A stretch of DNA of 64,000 nt. Source: Macrostomum lignano. Its lineage: Eukaryota. Positions 24,120 to 36,453 of this stretch are shown in pieces (position 1 is the stretch's first letter; every line of letters starts with the position of its first letter). Both the position numbers and the translations under genes were made by a program. The notes beneath the pieces are model-generated. The model had not been told where the DNA came from. It searched no databases and was given only the letters and a program-made list of their open reading frames with translations. The stretch lies in NCBI GenBank assembly GCA_002269645.1, contig NIVC01000322.1, forward strand, positions 124,001-188,000, in the 5' to 3' direction.

Positions 24120-24216
24120 AATAGTACAGAGTAGCGCATGAGAAACTACAAAAATCGCAAGTCCACAGCCGGTACGTCTAGCCTAGCGGGGGCCCACGGT
24201 GGATCCACTGGCTAGC
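24120..24216 (+). mobile_element. Putative Helitron-like 3' terminus (GC-rich hairpin followed by CTAG)
   Basis: gtccacagccggtacgtctagcctagcgggggcccacggtggatccactggctag. Related copies at ~6320-6390, ~33720-33815 and ~43180-43275. Confidence 0.4.
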
Positions 24217-24632
24217 CAGGGATGTCAAGTTGCAGGGCCAGCCGTGCGTTGAGTCCGACGCACAAACTCAAGTCAGGACTGGGGTCTGAGAACCTCGACA
24301 GTGGCGTCTCAGTGGCCATCGACATGACAGCTTCATGACATCGATATGGAGCGTTGGCCAGGGCCTGCGGCTACATCTGTGAAGAACGCGGTTGCGACGC
24401 CCAAGACCCGAAAAGAAGAACTGCAGCATGTGGACCGAAAAAACAATAACGGGACAGGTAGTCCATTTTAAGAAATCAAACAAAAAATATAGCCTGCTTA
24501 TTATCCTGTTTTCAATACATATTAAAAACGAAACCTCTGTCTGTGTGTATGGCTGTACATGGATTGCTATGGACTCCCAAACCGCACAATCAAATGACAC
24601 CAAATTTTGCACCCATCGTAAACTCATTACAG

Positions 24633-24991
24633 GGGGGCCGTAGCCGAGCGGTAGCGCAGCTGCTCTGGTGTGCCAGCGACCCAGGCTCGATTCCAAGTGC
24701 AGTCACATTATTTTGGGGCTGAATTGGAATCTTGGCTTGGCTCTGCTCGTGCAATTAACGGCCTTGAGAGCCAACCCCCCAAGGCGCAGTGAAGTGTACA
24801 TGCCTAACGATTAATATAAAGTTAGGGCCGCTGTACACTCCTGTGTGAGTGTGTGCCTGCGTACGTATCCGCGCGCTTGTATGCCTGCTCAGGGGAGTCG
24901 GCGGAATGGGCAGTAATGCCTCTCGCCGGTTGTGTGCCTATGTCGCTTAAAGTGCGCCAGGGTGCACACAACCCCCCTGCCTCTAATAAAA
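24633..24991 (+). mobile_element. tRNA-derived SINE with AATAAA/A-tail and 13-bp TSD
   Basis: TSD aaactcattacag at 24620-24632 and 24992-25004. The empty site is visible in the paralog at ~43681. Head ggggccgtagccgagcggtag..ggctcgattcc. Confidence 0.85.
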
Positions 24992-25079
24992 AAACTCATT
25001 ACAGAGAAGGCTTTAGGTTACCTTAGAATCTCCTAATTTCAACTCTTCCTACTTAAAAGTGCAAAAGACTGCTAGCAAA

Positions 25080-25953
25080 ACGCGATTTTTTAAACTTAAT
25101 CCTCCATAGCGTTGCTCCACTTGCCCTTCACAGAAGCAGTATTTAACGAGGCATTGCTGCGCATTGAGGACAAAATTTTAGAACTGGCAGATCGTCCCTT
25201 GAAAATTTTTGGACTTCCAGTACCTGGAAAAACATCAACAAGAGAATTTGAGTAGGAAGATGCTGCGAGAAACTAGCTTTGACCGCGAGCAGCTTCGTCA
25301 GTTCATTGAGGAAAATGAACCCCGTCTACTACCTGAGCAGGCAGAGGCGTACCAAGAATTAATACAAAGAGTGAATGACAATGTAGGAGGAATACTTTTC
25401 CTAGATGCTCCAGGGGGCGACAGAAGAAACTTTTCTGATTAACCTCCTTCTGTCAAAGGTTAGACACGGAGGCGATATTGCAGTTGCTGTCGCTTCCTCT
25501 GGAATCGCAGCCATGCTACTTCAAGGTGGTTGCACTGCTCACTCAGAACTAAAATTGCCACTTGATCTGTCAAGAGTTGAAAAACCACCTGTGCAACATC
25601 AAGAAGAACAGTGGCAAGCCTGCAAGCTTATTGTCTGGGATGAGTGTACCATGTCCCACAAACTGGCTTTCGAAGCACTTAACCTGACGCTAAAGGATCT
25701 GCGCAGCAACAACCAGCTCATGGATGGTGTCACCTTGCTGCTCTATGGAGACTTTAGACAGACGTTGCTTGTAATTCCGCGCGGCACCCCAGCCCAAGAT
25801 GAGATCAATGATTGCCTCAAATCTTCTCATCTGTGGCCATCAGTTGAAAAGCTGCACTTGCGAACCAACGTCAAGGCTGCAGTTTATGGCGATGAAACGG
25901 CTCATCAATTTTCTATTAATCTCTTGGAGGTCTGTCCTGTTGTGAATTTGTAA
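25080..25953 (+). pseudogene. Helitron RepHel PIF1-type helicase fragment (frameshifted)
   Basis: LFLDAPGG (Walker A region), AVAVASSGIAA.LL.GG.TAHS, LIVWDECTM, GDFRQTL motifs. Confidence 0.9.
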
Positions 25954-26661
25954 CTCAATGTACTTGCCCATACGGTAGCTCTCTCTCTCCCTCTGCCAAC
26001 CCTCCCCGCCCTTCCATGCTAACAACTTATTGTGAGCTATTTTCATAAAGTACTTACTTAATTTTGGGTACCACTGCACTAGACCTAATCAATAGATGAA
26101 TTATTATTGTAGTTGTTTAGCCTTTGTCTGCGATTTTCTCACCCCTGATTATTATTATCCCTCCCCCTCCGTGCCCTCTCATTGGCTGTCACTGTTATCT
26201 GCAATTCTTGTTTTCTATACCCACAGTCGCGTTCTGTGTGGCTGCAGCAAATCCCCGCTCGCTCTCTCTGCCCACCCCGCCTTTTCTCTTACCCTGCAGC
26301 TTTTGCCCCACCCCATGTTGTACTGACATTGATTTGATCGGTTTCTCCTCTGGCTCCTTCGCCGCTCCGACCATAACCAATAAAAACAATATACAATCGT
26401 GCTAGCAATCGTATCCAAACATAGACGCTTTGAGCACCGAGTGAGCAACCTACGCTCCAGTAAGTATCATTCTGCTTTTGTTATTTGGGGCTCTAGCTCC
26501 ATTAGGTCATCGTCACCAGGGCCTGTGCGTTCGCTGCGACCCTGGTTGCCGGCCTTCTGCCCGCGCGTTTGTGCGACAGTGGGTTGGCAAGCAGCAGGAC
26601 TGGGGCTGAGTCTCCCTGCTCGTACAGAGCGCGAGACGAAGCTGGCTGGTCCGTCTCGGGA

Positions 26662-26880
26662 CACAACAGTCCCGAGGATGGGCTGTCACCAATTGCTGCA
26701 TTCGGTACAATCGTATCTTCTGTGCAGGAGCTCTCAGAGTACAGAGTAGCGCATGGGAAAACACAAAAAATCGCAAGTCCACAGCCAGACCGGAAACAGG
26801 TGGCCGGAATCAACTTGGGGTCATCCCGTTTCTCTCACATGGCCAACTTTATGTTGCATGCTCACGCGTTGAAATCTACA
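26662..26880 (+). pseudogene. Scrambled Helitron helicase pieces
   Basis: Contains gaggatgggctgtcacc (also at 34153) and a ..FSHGQLYVACSRV-encoding segment, joined to the Helitron-end-like sequence. Confidence 0.65.
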
Positions 26881-26899
26881 GCTAGCCTTTTCCTCTTTG

Positions 26900-28320
26900 C
26901 TCCCCGGGGGGGGATTTGGTGTATCTTCAAGCACTGTCATAAGCATCTGTGAAAGTCATTACAACTGGACTATATTCAGACTGCATGGACTGTAATATAG
27001 AAATTTTTCTAAGTCCAAGTTTTTTACGAGCTACATTTATCAGAAATACGAAGTTCCCTACTTTAATACGAGTAAATTTCTTGGTTACTAAGTTTTCAAA
27101 CGTTCTTGACACAAGGGACCAACCCCAGAACACGAAACTCAAAGACATTGGTTGAACTATTTGTTGCGAACCTTCTGAAGCAAGCATCAAGTAACCTTCC
27201 CTCCAGACCAGAATAGAAATTTGGCTTTGATTTGCTAAGAAATTGGCAACTTCAATACTAAATATCATTTTATCACTCCTCACACATGTTCCCTATCCAA
27301 TTTTGCATTGTCTAGCATATTTACTCTGCTTAGCTTCTCTATAGTACTTAGACACTATTGTTAATTTTTCCGATTTCTCGATGTTAGGAGTCTCATATTC
27401 TATTCTACGAGCTATTCTAGAAGTATACTTTTTAAAGCGAGTTTTCTCCAAGTTTTGTTTAAGTCTATTAACAAGTTCTTGTTTGAGTATGATTTTAGAT
27501 TCGAGAATGTATGCAAAAATAGTTCCGGGGATCGGAATTCTGCGGGTTTCAACGGCTTATAGACTTATAATGAAGAAAAGCCAAGGAGGCAAGAGAGGCA
27601 AGGCTGGAGAAAACTTAAGCATGCACAAATAATGAGGCAGCCAAGACAATGGAATCCAGCAAACATGTAGGGACCTCCAGTGGAATGCAGCAACGTAGGA
27701 AAAATTTACAGTAGCCATTAACCATTTCAAAGTTAATTGAAGTTCACCGGCGAGGCGGCTGACAGGGGAAGGTGGCTGCAGCCGGAGAATATTTGATGAG
27801 CCCAGCATGGGGGCCACTCTTGTGGAGGAGACCGACGGCCAACCCCGAGGAACGTAGCAACCGAGGGATGGACGCGCGGACAAGAGGGCAGTGAAAGACT
27901 TCCCCCAAATACTCTAACTCAACCAGAGTAAATTGATGAGTCTAACCGCCTCACCCTCGCCCCCTCCCCGTAGCAACTCGCGTGTTAAATGCTAATCCTA
28001 TTGCAAGCGCTGTTTGTGAAAAACTTGCCGTCGCTAACCACGCGACATCCAACTCAAACCATCAACGGCAGGGGATGAAATTGGGGGTATTTTTGAGAAT
28101 AGACGGGAGCTCAGCCCTAGGGGCACTTCTTTCTTCCTCGCTTTTAACGAGCTTAATTCACAAACTGAAGTCCCATGCTCTATTTGAGTTAACGACAAAG
28201 ATGAGACAAGGAATTAAGAATATAAAAAACCGCCATCTCGGTTGTAAGCTCTCAAGAACACAGCAGAATCCACTAGAACTAGAAGATGGCATAACATTAG
28301 AAAAATAGAGTCTTGCATGA
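26900..28320 (-). mobile_element. Degraded non-LTR retrotransposon fragment, probably L1/Tx1-like ORF2 C-terminus
   Basis: Long mostly open minus-strand frame ending WREGYL..MSLSFVFWGWSLV..FLINVARKK, resembling the degraded zinc-finger region of L1/Tx1. Duplicated at ~45480-46885. Confidence 0.4.
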
Positions 28321-29381
28321 GCGATTCCCCCTATGAGTCCATTTCAGTAATTACCCATGAGCCTTGAATCTCAACAATTACCCATAATAAGCCTCATAAA
28401 TTCCCGCCCGAGCCTTGACAGCAAAACAATTTACCCTGTGAGTCTCATGACATCTTAGCAATTTACAATGAGTCATTTATGTTGGACAGGGTGAAGTCAA
28501 GTCTCAGTTGCAATGCAGTCTTGTTCGAATGTAATTTGTTGTTCGAGTTGTTAATTTTTCGATAATTAAAATTAGATGCACTCATACATTCATTTGAGCA
28601 ATCTTTGACCCGCGAAGCCACTTGGTGGGGTAATGCGAACCGGCCTTACACGGATAGCTTCTCAGAAATGATCCATCATCGAGTACATAGTGTTGCTTGG
28701 CGTTGTAAAAAAACTCCAAATTACGAAAGAATAATTACAAGTAGCTTTTGATGCAAACTGTTTGTGCATCAGACCATTACTGAGCTGAGGTCAACTATAT
28801 TTAAGAAGATCAAACAGATTTTAAATTAAAAACTGACTGCAGTTTCGTTTATGGCAGAGGTTTGTTTAAAAATTGAAGTAGAAGCTTGTCTCATGAACAA
28901 GCTGCAGCATCAAGTTAATAGCTGGATTTTTAATTGTGGCTTCACGCTCGACAAGTGCCGAGGAAAACTGTATTGAATGCACGGTACTGGGGTTTTGTGC
29001 TTTTACATAAGTACATGTATGTATGAGCAAGGTAGTATCTAGTGCGTCGTAATAAAATTCGTTAATAACTATAAAAAAATTGATTTGATAAAACCAACAG
29101 ACAGAGATCCACAGACACTACAATGGAGCCCTTTTAAACATCTGCCTTCCGGCAGCTATTGATTATTATTCGGCCCTTATATTAGAGTATTTTGAATACA
29201 TTGCGTAAGGTTTGTTAATAATTTAAAAAAATCTGTGCACTGTAAGCAGACGGGATGCTTGAATTATGACATGCGGTTATATAAAAAAATTTGGACGTTT
29301 ACACACAGTTGTGACGATCACTTTTGATTAAATCTGTCCATCCGGTTCCATTTACTTGGCGGTGCCTGCAGTGTCTCAGAA

Positions 29382-30128
29382 TCAGTTAAAAGGCGACAGG
29401 CACTCGCACAGAACATTCGGAACAGCACCGTATGTGTCGCTACTATCCGTGAGACCCATTTTATTGACTTGTCTTGCGATTACATTTTCTCCGCCACCGT
29501 TGTTATTCGGCTGGCCAGTGGCCCAAAAAGCGGGATCAACGTTGATGTTGCAGCCGACCCAGTACCAGCCGCCCAGAGGCTCCGCACTGCCTGCTGGCTG
29601 GAAGCCTCCGAGCCAGAAGTTCGAATTACTATTGTTGGTGAAGATCCAGTTCACGTGGCTCATCTCCTGCTCGCTGGTCACGTCGGCCATGATGACCAGA
29701 CCGCTCTCTGACTCGCACTTCTGCCTGCTTAGCCACCAGGTCCCGATGCCAGAGTACAGTCTGTACTTCACTCCGCACAGGTCCATGCCGTAGCCAGACG
29801 GACACAGCGCGCCCGCCTCGAGTCCCGGCCGCTGCTTGACGAACACTCGGCCTCTCCTGGAGCAGCCGCAGCTCCTCACCGACTTGCTGCACTTGTCGAA
29901 CACGAACAGCTGGCACGGACCGTCAGCCAGGCTAAACGCCTGACAGCGCAGCTTCTCGGAGCACAGAGAGGCGCAGCCAACATTGCTGACTTCGTTTGGG
30001 TAGGACTGAACAAACTCATCGTTGATGCAGAGGCTGCCGTCAATGAGGGTGTACACCTGCTGACTGGCGGTGGTGAGGCTAATTAGGACAAGAGTCATCA
30101 AAGCCACAATGTTCGATACGCTGACCAT
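29382..30128 (-). CDS. PAN/Apple + C-type lectin secreted protein, copy 4 (intact, 248 aa)
   Basis: MVSVSNIVALMTLVLISLTTA..CASLCSEKLRCQ..WLGGFQP..QPNN..VLCECLSPFN*; 747 nt, open. Confidence 0.88.
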   Translation of the reverse strand: MVSVSNIVALMTLVLISLTTASQQVYTLIDGSLCINDEFVQSYPNEVSNVGCASLCSEKLRCQAFSLADGPCQLFVFDKCSKSVRSCGCSRRGRVFVKQRPGLEAGALCPSGYGMDLCGVKYRLYSGIGTWWLSRQKCESESGLVIMADVTSEQEMSHVNWIFTNNSNSNFWLGGFQPAGSAEPLGGWYWVGCNINVDPAFWATGQPNNNGGGENVIARQVNKMGLTDSSDTYGAVPNVLCECLSPFN

Positions 30129-31239
30129 TTTTGCTCGTAACTGTTGGGTAAGCTTTTGGGTTTTGAAGTGTGTCAAAGTAAATTACGAGAGACGATGCAA
30201 ATCGCTTTTAGCATAAAAATTTCCATTTACTAACCGATAATATTTGCTTTTTCCTGACCAATCGTGTGCTACCTTTTCGGGAAATTTTTCATTGGTGGAA
30301 ATGAAAAAGAAAATGAGGTGAGTGTCACACCATGTTGACTGTGCCTTGGCCCTGGCAACCACGGGCACCGATGCCGCGCAGGGAGATCCGGTGGTGCCGG
30401 TGTCCGCAGCGGTGTGCCTCTCTGGAGAGTCCTGCAGGTGAATGGTCGCTCGCCCGGTAGCCCTAAGGTATCGAGGCCGAGCTGGCAGATATTTTCGGGT
30501 CTGAAAACGTCAAAGAACGTCCGGGTTTGTGCCCGAGGTAGGCGGGGCATTCACAGATGAAGTGCTGCACATTCTTGACACTGGAGATGCAGAATGGGCA
30601 TCCTTACTGCAGATTTTCCCATGGAGGTAGCGTTTTTTAGCAAAGCACCCATGACCTGATAGGGCCATTGCTACCGGGCCTTGGTGTCCCTGCCGTTGAG
30701 TCCTAGCAGGGTCCTACGGAACGGGAGAGGGACAGGGGATTGCAACAAAGACTCCCCCAGTGGGAGCCAGAGAAAGAAATATTTTAGCTCCAGAGTGCCC
30801 CAGACGAGACCTTACCAAACGAAAATTAAATTCTTTTCTGGGTTCTTTTGACCACTTTGACCTCCCCGATATGGGTCCCCCATTTCAGTTGAGCCTTGAC
30901 ATCTTAGCAATTCCCCCAGCCTTAACATCTCATGTTATATGTGCGCTATATGAACTATTGCGTATAAGACGCACGTTAAATTTCATCAATTCATTATGTG
31001 CTAGAATTGAGAGCTCTTAATGAGCCGCCACTAAAAGAAAGAGAAAGAACAAGCCACTGCTGCAGGATAAAAAAGAAAGTACGTTGGTAACTCGCTACAA
31101 TTAAACAATCACATACTTCGACTTTAATGTCGTTAATCTAGAAGAGTCCATCGAAACGGAAATAATAGTCATAGAAGATGCAGAAGACAAAACATCTCAA
31201 GAATTCCCTCAGAGATATTTGAAATCTCAGCAATTCGAT

Positions 31240-31562
31240 CCCCCAATAGCAAGCACCCCCAGATAGCAAGCATCCCCAGATAGCAAGCACCCCCAGATAG
31301 CAATCATCCACCAGATAGCAAGTACCCACCAGATAGCAAGTACCCACCAGATAGCAAGCAATCCCCCAGATAGCAAGCACCCCCAGATAGCAAGCACCCC
31401 CCCCCCAGATAGCAAGCACCCCACCCCAGATAGCAAGCACCCCACCCCAGATAGCAAGCACCCCACCCCAGATAGCAAGCACCCCACCCCAGATAGCAAG
31501 CACCCCACCCCAGATAGCAAGCACCCCCTAGATAGTAAACACCCTCCAGATAGCAAGCACCC
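31240..31562. repeat. CCCCAGATAGCAAGCA minisatellite (17-21-bp variants)
   Basis: Direct tandem repetition. Confidence 0.95.
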
Positions 31563-31762
31563 TAGCACCTAAGCGTTGCTTGTGCAATAATCCTTTTCTT
31601 AGCTAATGATAATGAATTTAACTTATTTTATTTTATGACATTTTATGCTCTACTATTTTAATATTCGTAAAAATACGTCATAACAATAAGATATTTTGCT
31701 CCTGATTTTCCTAAAAGTCATTTTTTGCCTATCTATAATCCTACTTAGCGATCGGAATAATC

Positions 31763-33639
31763 GGGAGTACGAGATCTGCTAGCAGGAAATCTGCTAGCCG
31801 AAGTTTGCTAGCGAGAAATTTGCTTGCCGAAATCTGCTAGCCGAAGTTTGCTAGCCGAAATCTGCTAACCGAAGTTTGCTAGCCGAAATCTGCTAGCCGA
31901 AATCTGCTAGACGAAATCTGCTAGCCGAAGTTTGCTAGCCGAAATCCGCTAGCCGAAATCTGCTAGCCGAAGTTTGCTAGCCGAAGTTTGCTAGCCGAAA
32001 TCCGCTAGCCGAAATATGCTAGCCGAAATCTGCTAGCCGAAATATGCTAGCCGAAATCTGCTAGCCATAATATGCTAGCCGAAATATGCTAGCCGAAATC
32101 TGCTAGCCGAAATATGCTAGCCGAAATATGCTAGCCGAAATCTGCTAGCCGAAATGTGCTAGCCGAAATCTGCTAGCCGAAGTTTGCTAGCCGAAGTTTG
32201 CTAGCCGAAATATGCTAGCCGAAATATGCTAGCCGAAATCTGCTAGCCGAAATCTGCTAGCCGAAATATGCTAGCCGAAATGTGCTAGCCGAAATCTGCT
32301 AGCCGAAATGTGCTAGCCGAAATATGCTAGCCGAAATCTGCTAGCCGAAATCTGCTAGCCGAAATATGCTAGCCGAAGTTTGCTAGCCGAAATCTGCTAG
32401 CCGAAATCTGCTAGCCGAAATCTGCTAGCCGAAATCTGCTAGCCGAAATATGCTAGCCGAAGTTTGCTAGCCGAAATCTGCTAGCCGAAATCTGCTAGCC
32501 GAAGTTTGCTAGCCGAAATCTGCTAGCAGGAAATTTGCTAGCTGCCTTGCTCTCGTAGCTGTTGCATGTTATTTGCTGTGTTTTGATTCCGATTTGAGCT
32601 GCTTTGATTCGTACGAGTAAATATATAACTTATATACCATATACTGCCACTACCAGCCATTAAGACTGAAAGTTGTGTGTATAGATAAGTTTAAATTTAA
32701 CTACCTGAACTACAGCTGCCTGAGCTACCTGAACTACGGCCTTACAGCTGATAATGCTAAAACATTATCAAATGTCTAAGAGTAAAATAGGACAAAAAAT
32801 ATAAATGATTTTGACGATTTCCAAGTGCAGTTTTAGCATATACAGTACTTTAGCATACAGTAACACACATGTTGGTGTACAGTATCTATAGCTAGATACA
32901 TGTATGTCCAAGGTACAATTTACTATAGCTATATGTATTGTTAATGTATAGATATTTTCCATCGCTTACGGCACTGTGTACAAGCAAAAACTCTATGCAG
33001 GTGTGGCCCACAAGCTCTTACCCTGTGATCATGGATGTAAAATATTTTCTTTATTCAATAGCTTGTATATGAACTTTTCAATCCACCTACGTTAAAACCT
33101 AAATGTTTTCTTTTTGTTTATGGCATCATCTACTGATTGCGTTTTAACACGTACATGTACGAGAACCCACGGCGAAGGCTAGGCGGCAGATTAAGTCGTC
33201 CAGATTGGACAATAAAAAATGTCTCTAGCAAATTACAACTTCGTAAATTGCTGTTCGCCGGTTTTGGTTAGATTATCGCTAGCAGATTTCGGCTAGCAAA
33301 ATCCTCGCTTGCAAAATTCCTGCTAGCAAACTTCGGCTAGCAGATTTCGGCTAGCATTTTTCGGCTAGCAGATTTCGGCTAGCGGATTTCGGCTAGCAAA
33401 CTTCGGCTAGCAAATTTCGTCTAGCAGATTTCGGCTAGCAGATTTCGGCTAGCACATTTCGGCTAGCAAACTTCGGCTAGCAGATTTCGGCAAGCAAATT
33501 TCTGGCTAGCAAACTTCGGCTAGCAGATTTCGGCTAGCACATTTCGGCTAGCAAACTTCGGCTAGCAGATTTCGGCAAGCAAATTTCTCGCTAGCAAACT
33601 TCGGCTAGCAGATTTCCTGCTAGCAAATTTCATAGACCC
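31763..33639. mobile_element. Foldback-type nonautonomous DNA transposon with arms of 14-bp GCTAGCCGAAAT(C/A)T repeats and 8-bp TSD
   Basis: GAATAATC flanks both ends (31755-31762 and 33640-33647). Termini GGG..CCC. The right arm is the reverse complement of the left (gctagcaggaaatctgctagccgaagtttgctagcgagaaatttgcttgccg). Confidence 0.85.
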
Positions 33640-34089
33640 GAATAATCTCCACCAGTAAATTTTTATATTAGCATACTCAGGACAATGAATGTTGGTATAT
33701 TTATTATGTACTACTCAAGAAAGTACAGAGTAGCGCATGGGAAAATACAAAAATTGCAAGTCCACAGCCAGTACGACTAGCCTAGCGGCGGTCCACGGTG
33801 GATCCACTTGGCTAAGCTCAGAATGTCAAGTTGCGGGGCCAGACGTGCGTTCAGACGGGACTGAGGACCTCAACAGTGACGTCTCAATGGCCTTCGACAT
33901 GACAGCATCATGATATCGATATGGCCTGCAGCTACATCTGTGACGTACGCGGTTGCGGCACCCAAGATCCGAAAAGGAGGACTGAAGCATGAGGGGCGAA
34001 CAAAACTTATCTCGTATGCCATAACGAAACGAGACGAGACGGATCGTCCCTTGAACATGTTTGGACGTCCAACAGCCGCAAAGAATCAA

Positions 34090-34825
34090 CAAGAGAGCCG
34101 TGGTGATGAAACGGCTCATCGATTTTCTATCAATCTCTTGGAGGTCAGTACCGAGGATGGGCTGTCACCAATTGCTGCATTCGGTACAATCGCATCTTCG
34201 ATGCAGGAGCTCAAGGCTACTAAGTTTACCTGAACCTGTCGCACAGATTTTCTGACATTGACTGGCTGTCAGAGAGAGCCATTTTGAGTCCCAGGAATGA
34301 CGCAGCTAATAGTATCAACTCCCAGCTGCTCAATGAGCTGCCTGGCAATATCATCAGCTACAAGTCAATTGACACAGCAATGACTGGTGACAATGCTGTA
34401 GAGTTTCCTATGTATTGAGCTCTTAAGCTCTCTAGAGCCTCCTGGAACGCCAACGCACAACCTGCAGTTAAAAGTGGGTGCACCAGTAATGCTACTGCAC
34501 ATTTTAAATGACCCACACCTGTGTAAAACGGCACCAGAGGCTAATCGTCAAGCAACTCTTTCTGAATTTGATTGAGGCAAAATTTGGGACAGGATCCGGC
34601 AAAGGGCAATCTGTGTTTATTCCCAGAATTCCAATTATACCATCGGACCCGCCTTTTCAATCGAAGCGAGTACAGTTTCCAGTGAAGGTCTGCTTTTCCA
34701 TGATCATCAACAAAGCCCAAGGACAGTCGCTAAAGTTGGCCGGAATCAACTCAGTCACCCTGCTTCTCACATGGGCCAACTTTATGTTGCATGCTCACGC
34801 GTCGAAACTGCAGCTGGCCTCTTAA
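34090..34825 (+). pseudogene. Helitron helicase C-terminal fragment
   Basis: LQLKVGAPVMLL, RLIVKQL..NLIEA, VFIPRIPIIPSD.PFQ.KRVQFPVKVCFSM.INKAQGQSL. Confidence 0.9.
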
Positions 34826-35000
34826 TCCTTGCTCCCAGGGCAAAATTCCTTGTTCTAGTTTCTACAATACAACCAGGAATTTGATTTATCCTCAAGAACT
34901 GCCTAGACTTATAGACTTAGAGACTTATTGTAGACTTATAATGAGGCAAAGCCAAGGGAAGTAAGTGAGGCAAGGCTGGGGAAAACTGAAACAGGCATAA

Positions 35001-35634
35001 GAGACCTACTTAAGCGCACTGAACAAAGTCAGATGCGCCGCTCTGTGCGCCCAGAACCAGCGCTGTCATGCTTCAGAGTATACTGTATACATGCTTCAAG
35101 CAGCTGTTCGTGTTCGACAAGTGCAGCAAGTCGGTGAGGAGCTGCGGCTGCTCCAGGAGAGGCCGGGTGTTTGTCAAGCAGCGGCCGGGACTCGAGGCGG
35201 GCGCGCTGTGTCCGTCTGGCTACGGCATGGACCTGTGCGGAGTGAAGTACAGGCTGTACTCTGGCATCGGGACGTGGTGGCCGAGCAGACAGAAGTGCGA
35301 GTCAGAGAGCGGTCTGGTCATCATGGCCGACGTGACCAGCGAGCAGGAGATGAGCCACGTGGACTCCATCTACTCGAACTACAGCTCTGGTCAATCGATC
35401 TGGCTCGGAGGCTTCCAGCCAGCAGGCAGTGCGGAGCCGGCTGGCGGCTGGTACTGGGTCGGCTGCAACATCAACGTTGATCCCGCTTTTTGGGCCACTG
35501 GCCAGCCGAATAACAACGGTGGCGGAGAAAATGTAATCGCGAGACAAGTCAATAAAATGGGTCTCACGGATAACAGCGACACATTTATTTATGTTTCCAA
35601 TGTTCTGTGCGAGTGCCTGTCGCCTTTTAACTGA
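35001..35634 (+). pseudogene. PAN-lectin copy 5, plus strand, 5'-truncated and frameshifted
   Basis: ETYLSALNKVRCAALCAQNQRCH from 35001, then a foreign segment replaces AFSLADGPC and shifts the frame. Resumes QLFVFDKC..VLCECLSPFN*. No signal peptide. Confidence 0.88.
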
Positions 35635-36453
35635 CTCTGGGAAACTGCAGGCACCGCAAGACAGGGAACCGGATGGAGAGATTTAATCACAAAATTATAT
35701 TACTGAAGCTATCAAAGTGACCGTCAATAACCGTGTGAAGGTGTCCAAAATTGATTATATAACTACATGTAATAATTCAAACATCCCGTCTGCTTACAGT
35801 ACACATATTTTTTATAAATTTCTCAATGAAAACTGACGCAATGTATTCAGAAAAATTGCAATAGAAGGGCCGAATAATAATCAATAACTGCTGGAACAGA
35901 GATGTTTAAAAGAGCTCCATTGTAAGTGTGTCTGTGGATCTCTGTCTGTTGGTTTTATCAAATCAAGTTTTTTTGGAATTTGCAGCTTGTTCATTAGCCA
36001 AGCTTTTACTTCGATTTTTAAGCAAGCCTTCTCTGCAATAAACGAAACTGCAGTTTGTTTTTTATTTAAAATCTGTTTGAGCTACTTAAATATAGTTGGC
36101 CTCAGTTATACTCGGAAGCATAAACAGTTTTCATCGAAAGTTACTTGTCATCATTCTTTCGTAGTTTGGAGTTTTTCTACAACGCCAAGCAACATAATTT
36201 ACTCGATGGATCATTTCTGAGAAGCGATCCGTGCTAAGGCCGGTTCGCATCACCGCCAAGTGGCTTCGCGAGTCAAAGATTGCTCAAATCAATGTATGAG
36301 TGCATCTAATTTTCCTAGATAAATTTGTTAAAAAGAATTCGCACAGCACATTACATACGATTGAATGTCCTCTACAAAACTTGTAAAAATATCTGTTCCC
36401 TATACTAAAAACGGGTTGTCTGTCGATAGGCATGTGATTGATTTCAGAATGAA

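Larger units (their letters stand above)
23270..34990. repeat. Segmental duplication copy A (paralogous to ~40855-55010)
   Basis: Collinear order in both copies: minisatellite, Helitron helicase fragment, LINE remnant, lectin gene, minisatellite, foldback element, Helitron C-terminal fragment. Many ORFs in the track are identical pairs (e.g. 30760/49316, 33870/54080). Confidence 0.92.

Noticed and set aside
25080-34825. An intact autonomous Helitron or host PIF1 gene
   Set aside because: Multiple frameshifts, stops and deletions; no Rep domain seen; pieces are out of order.
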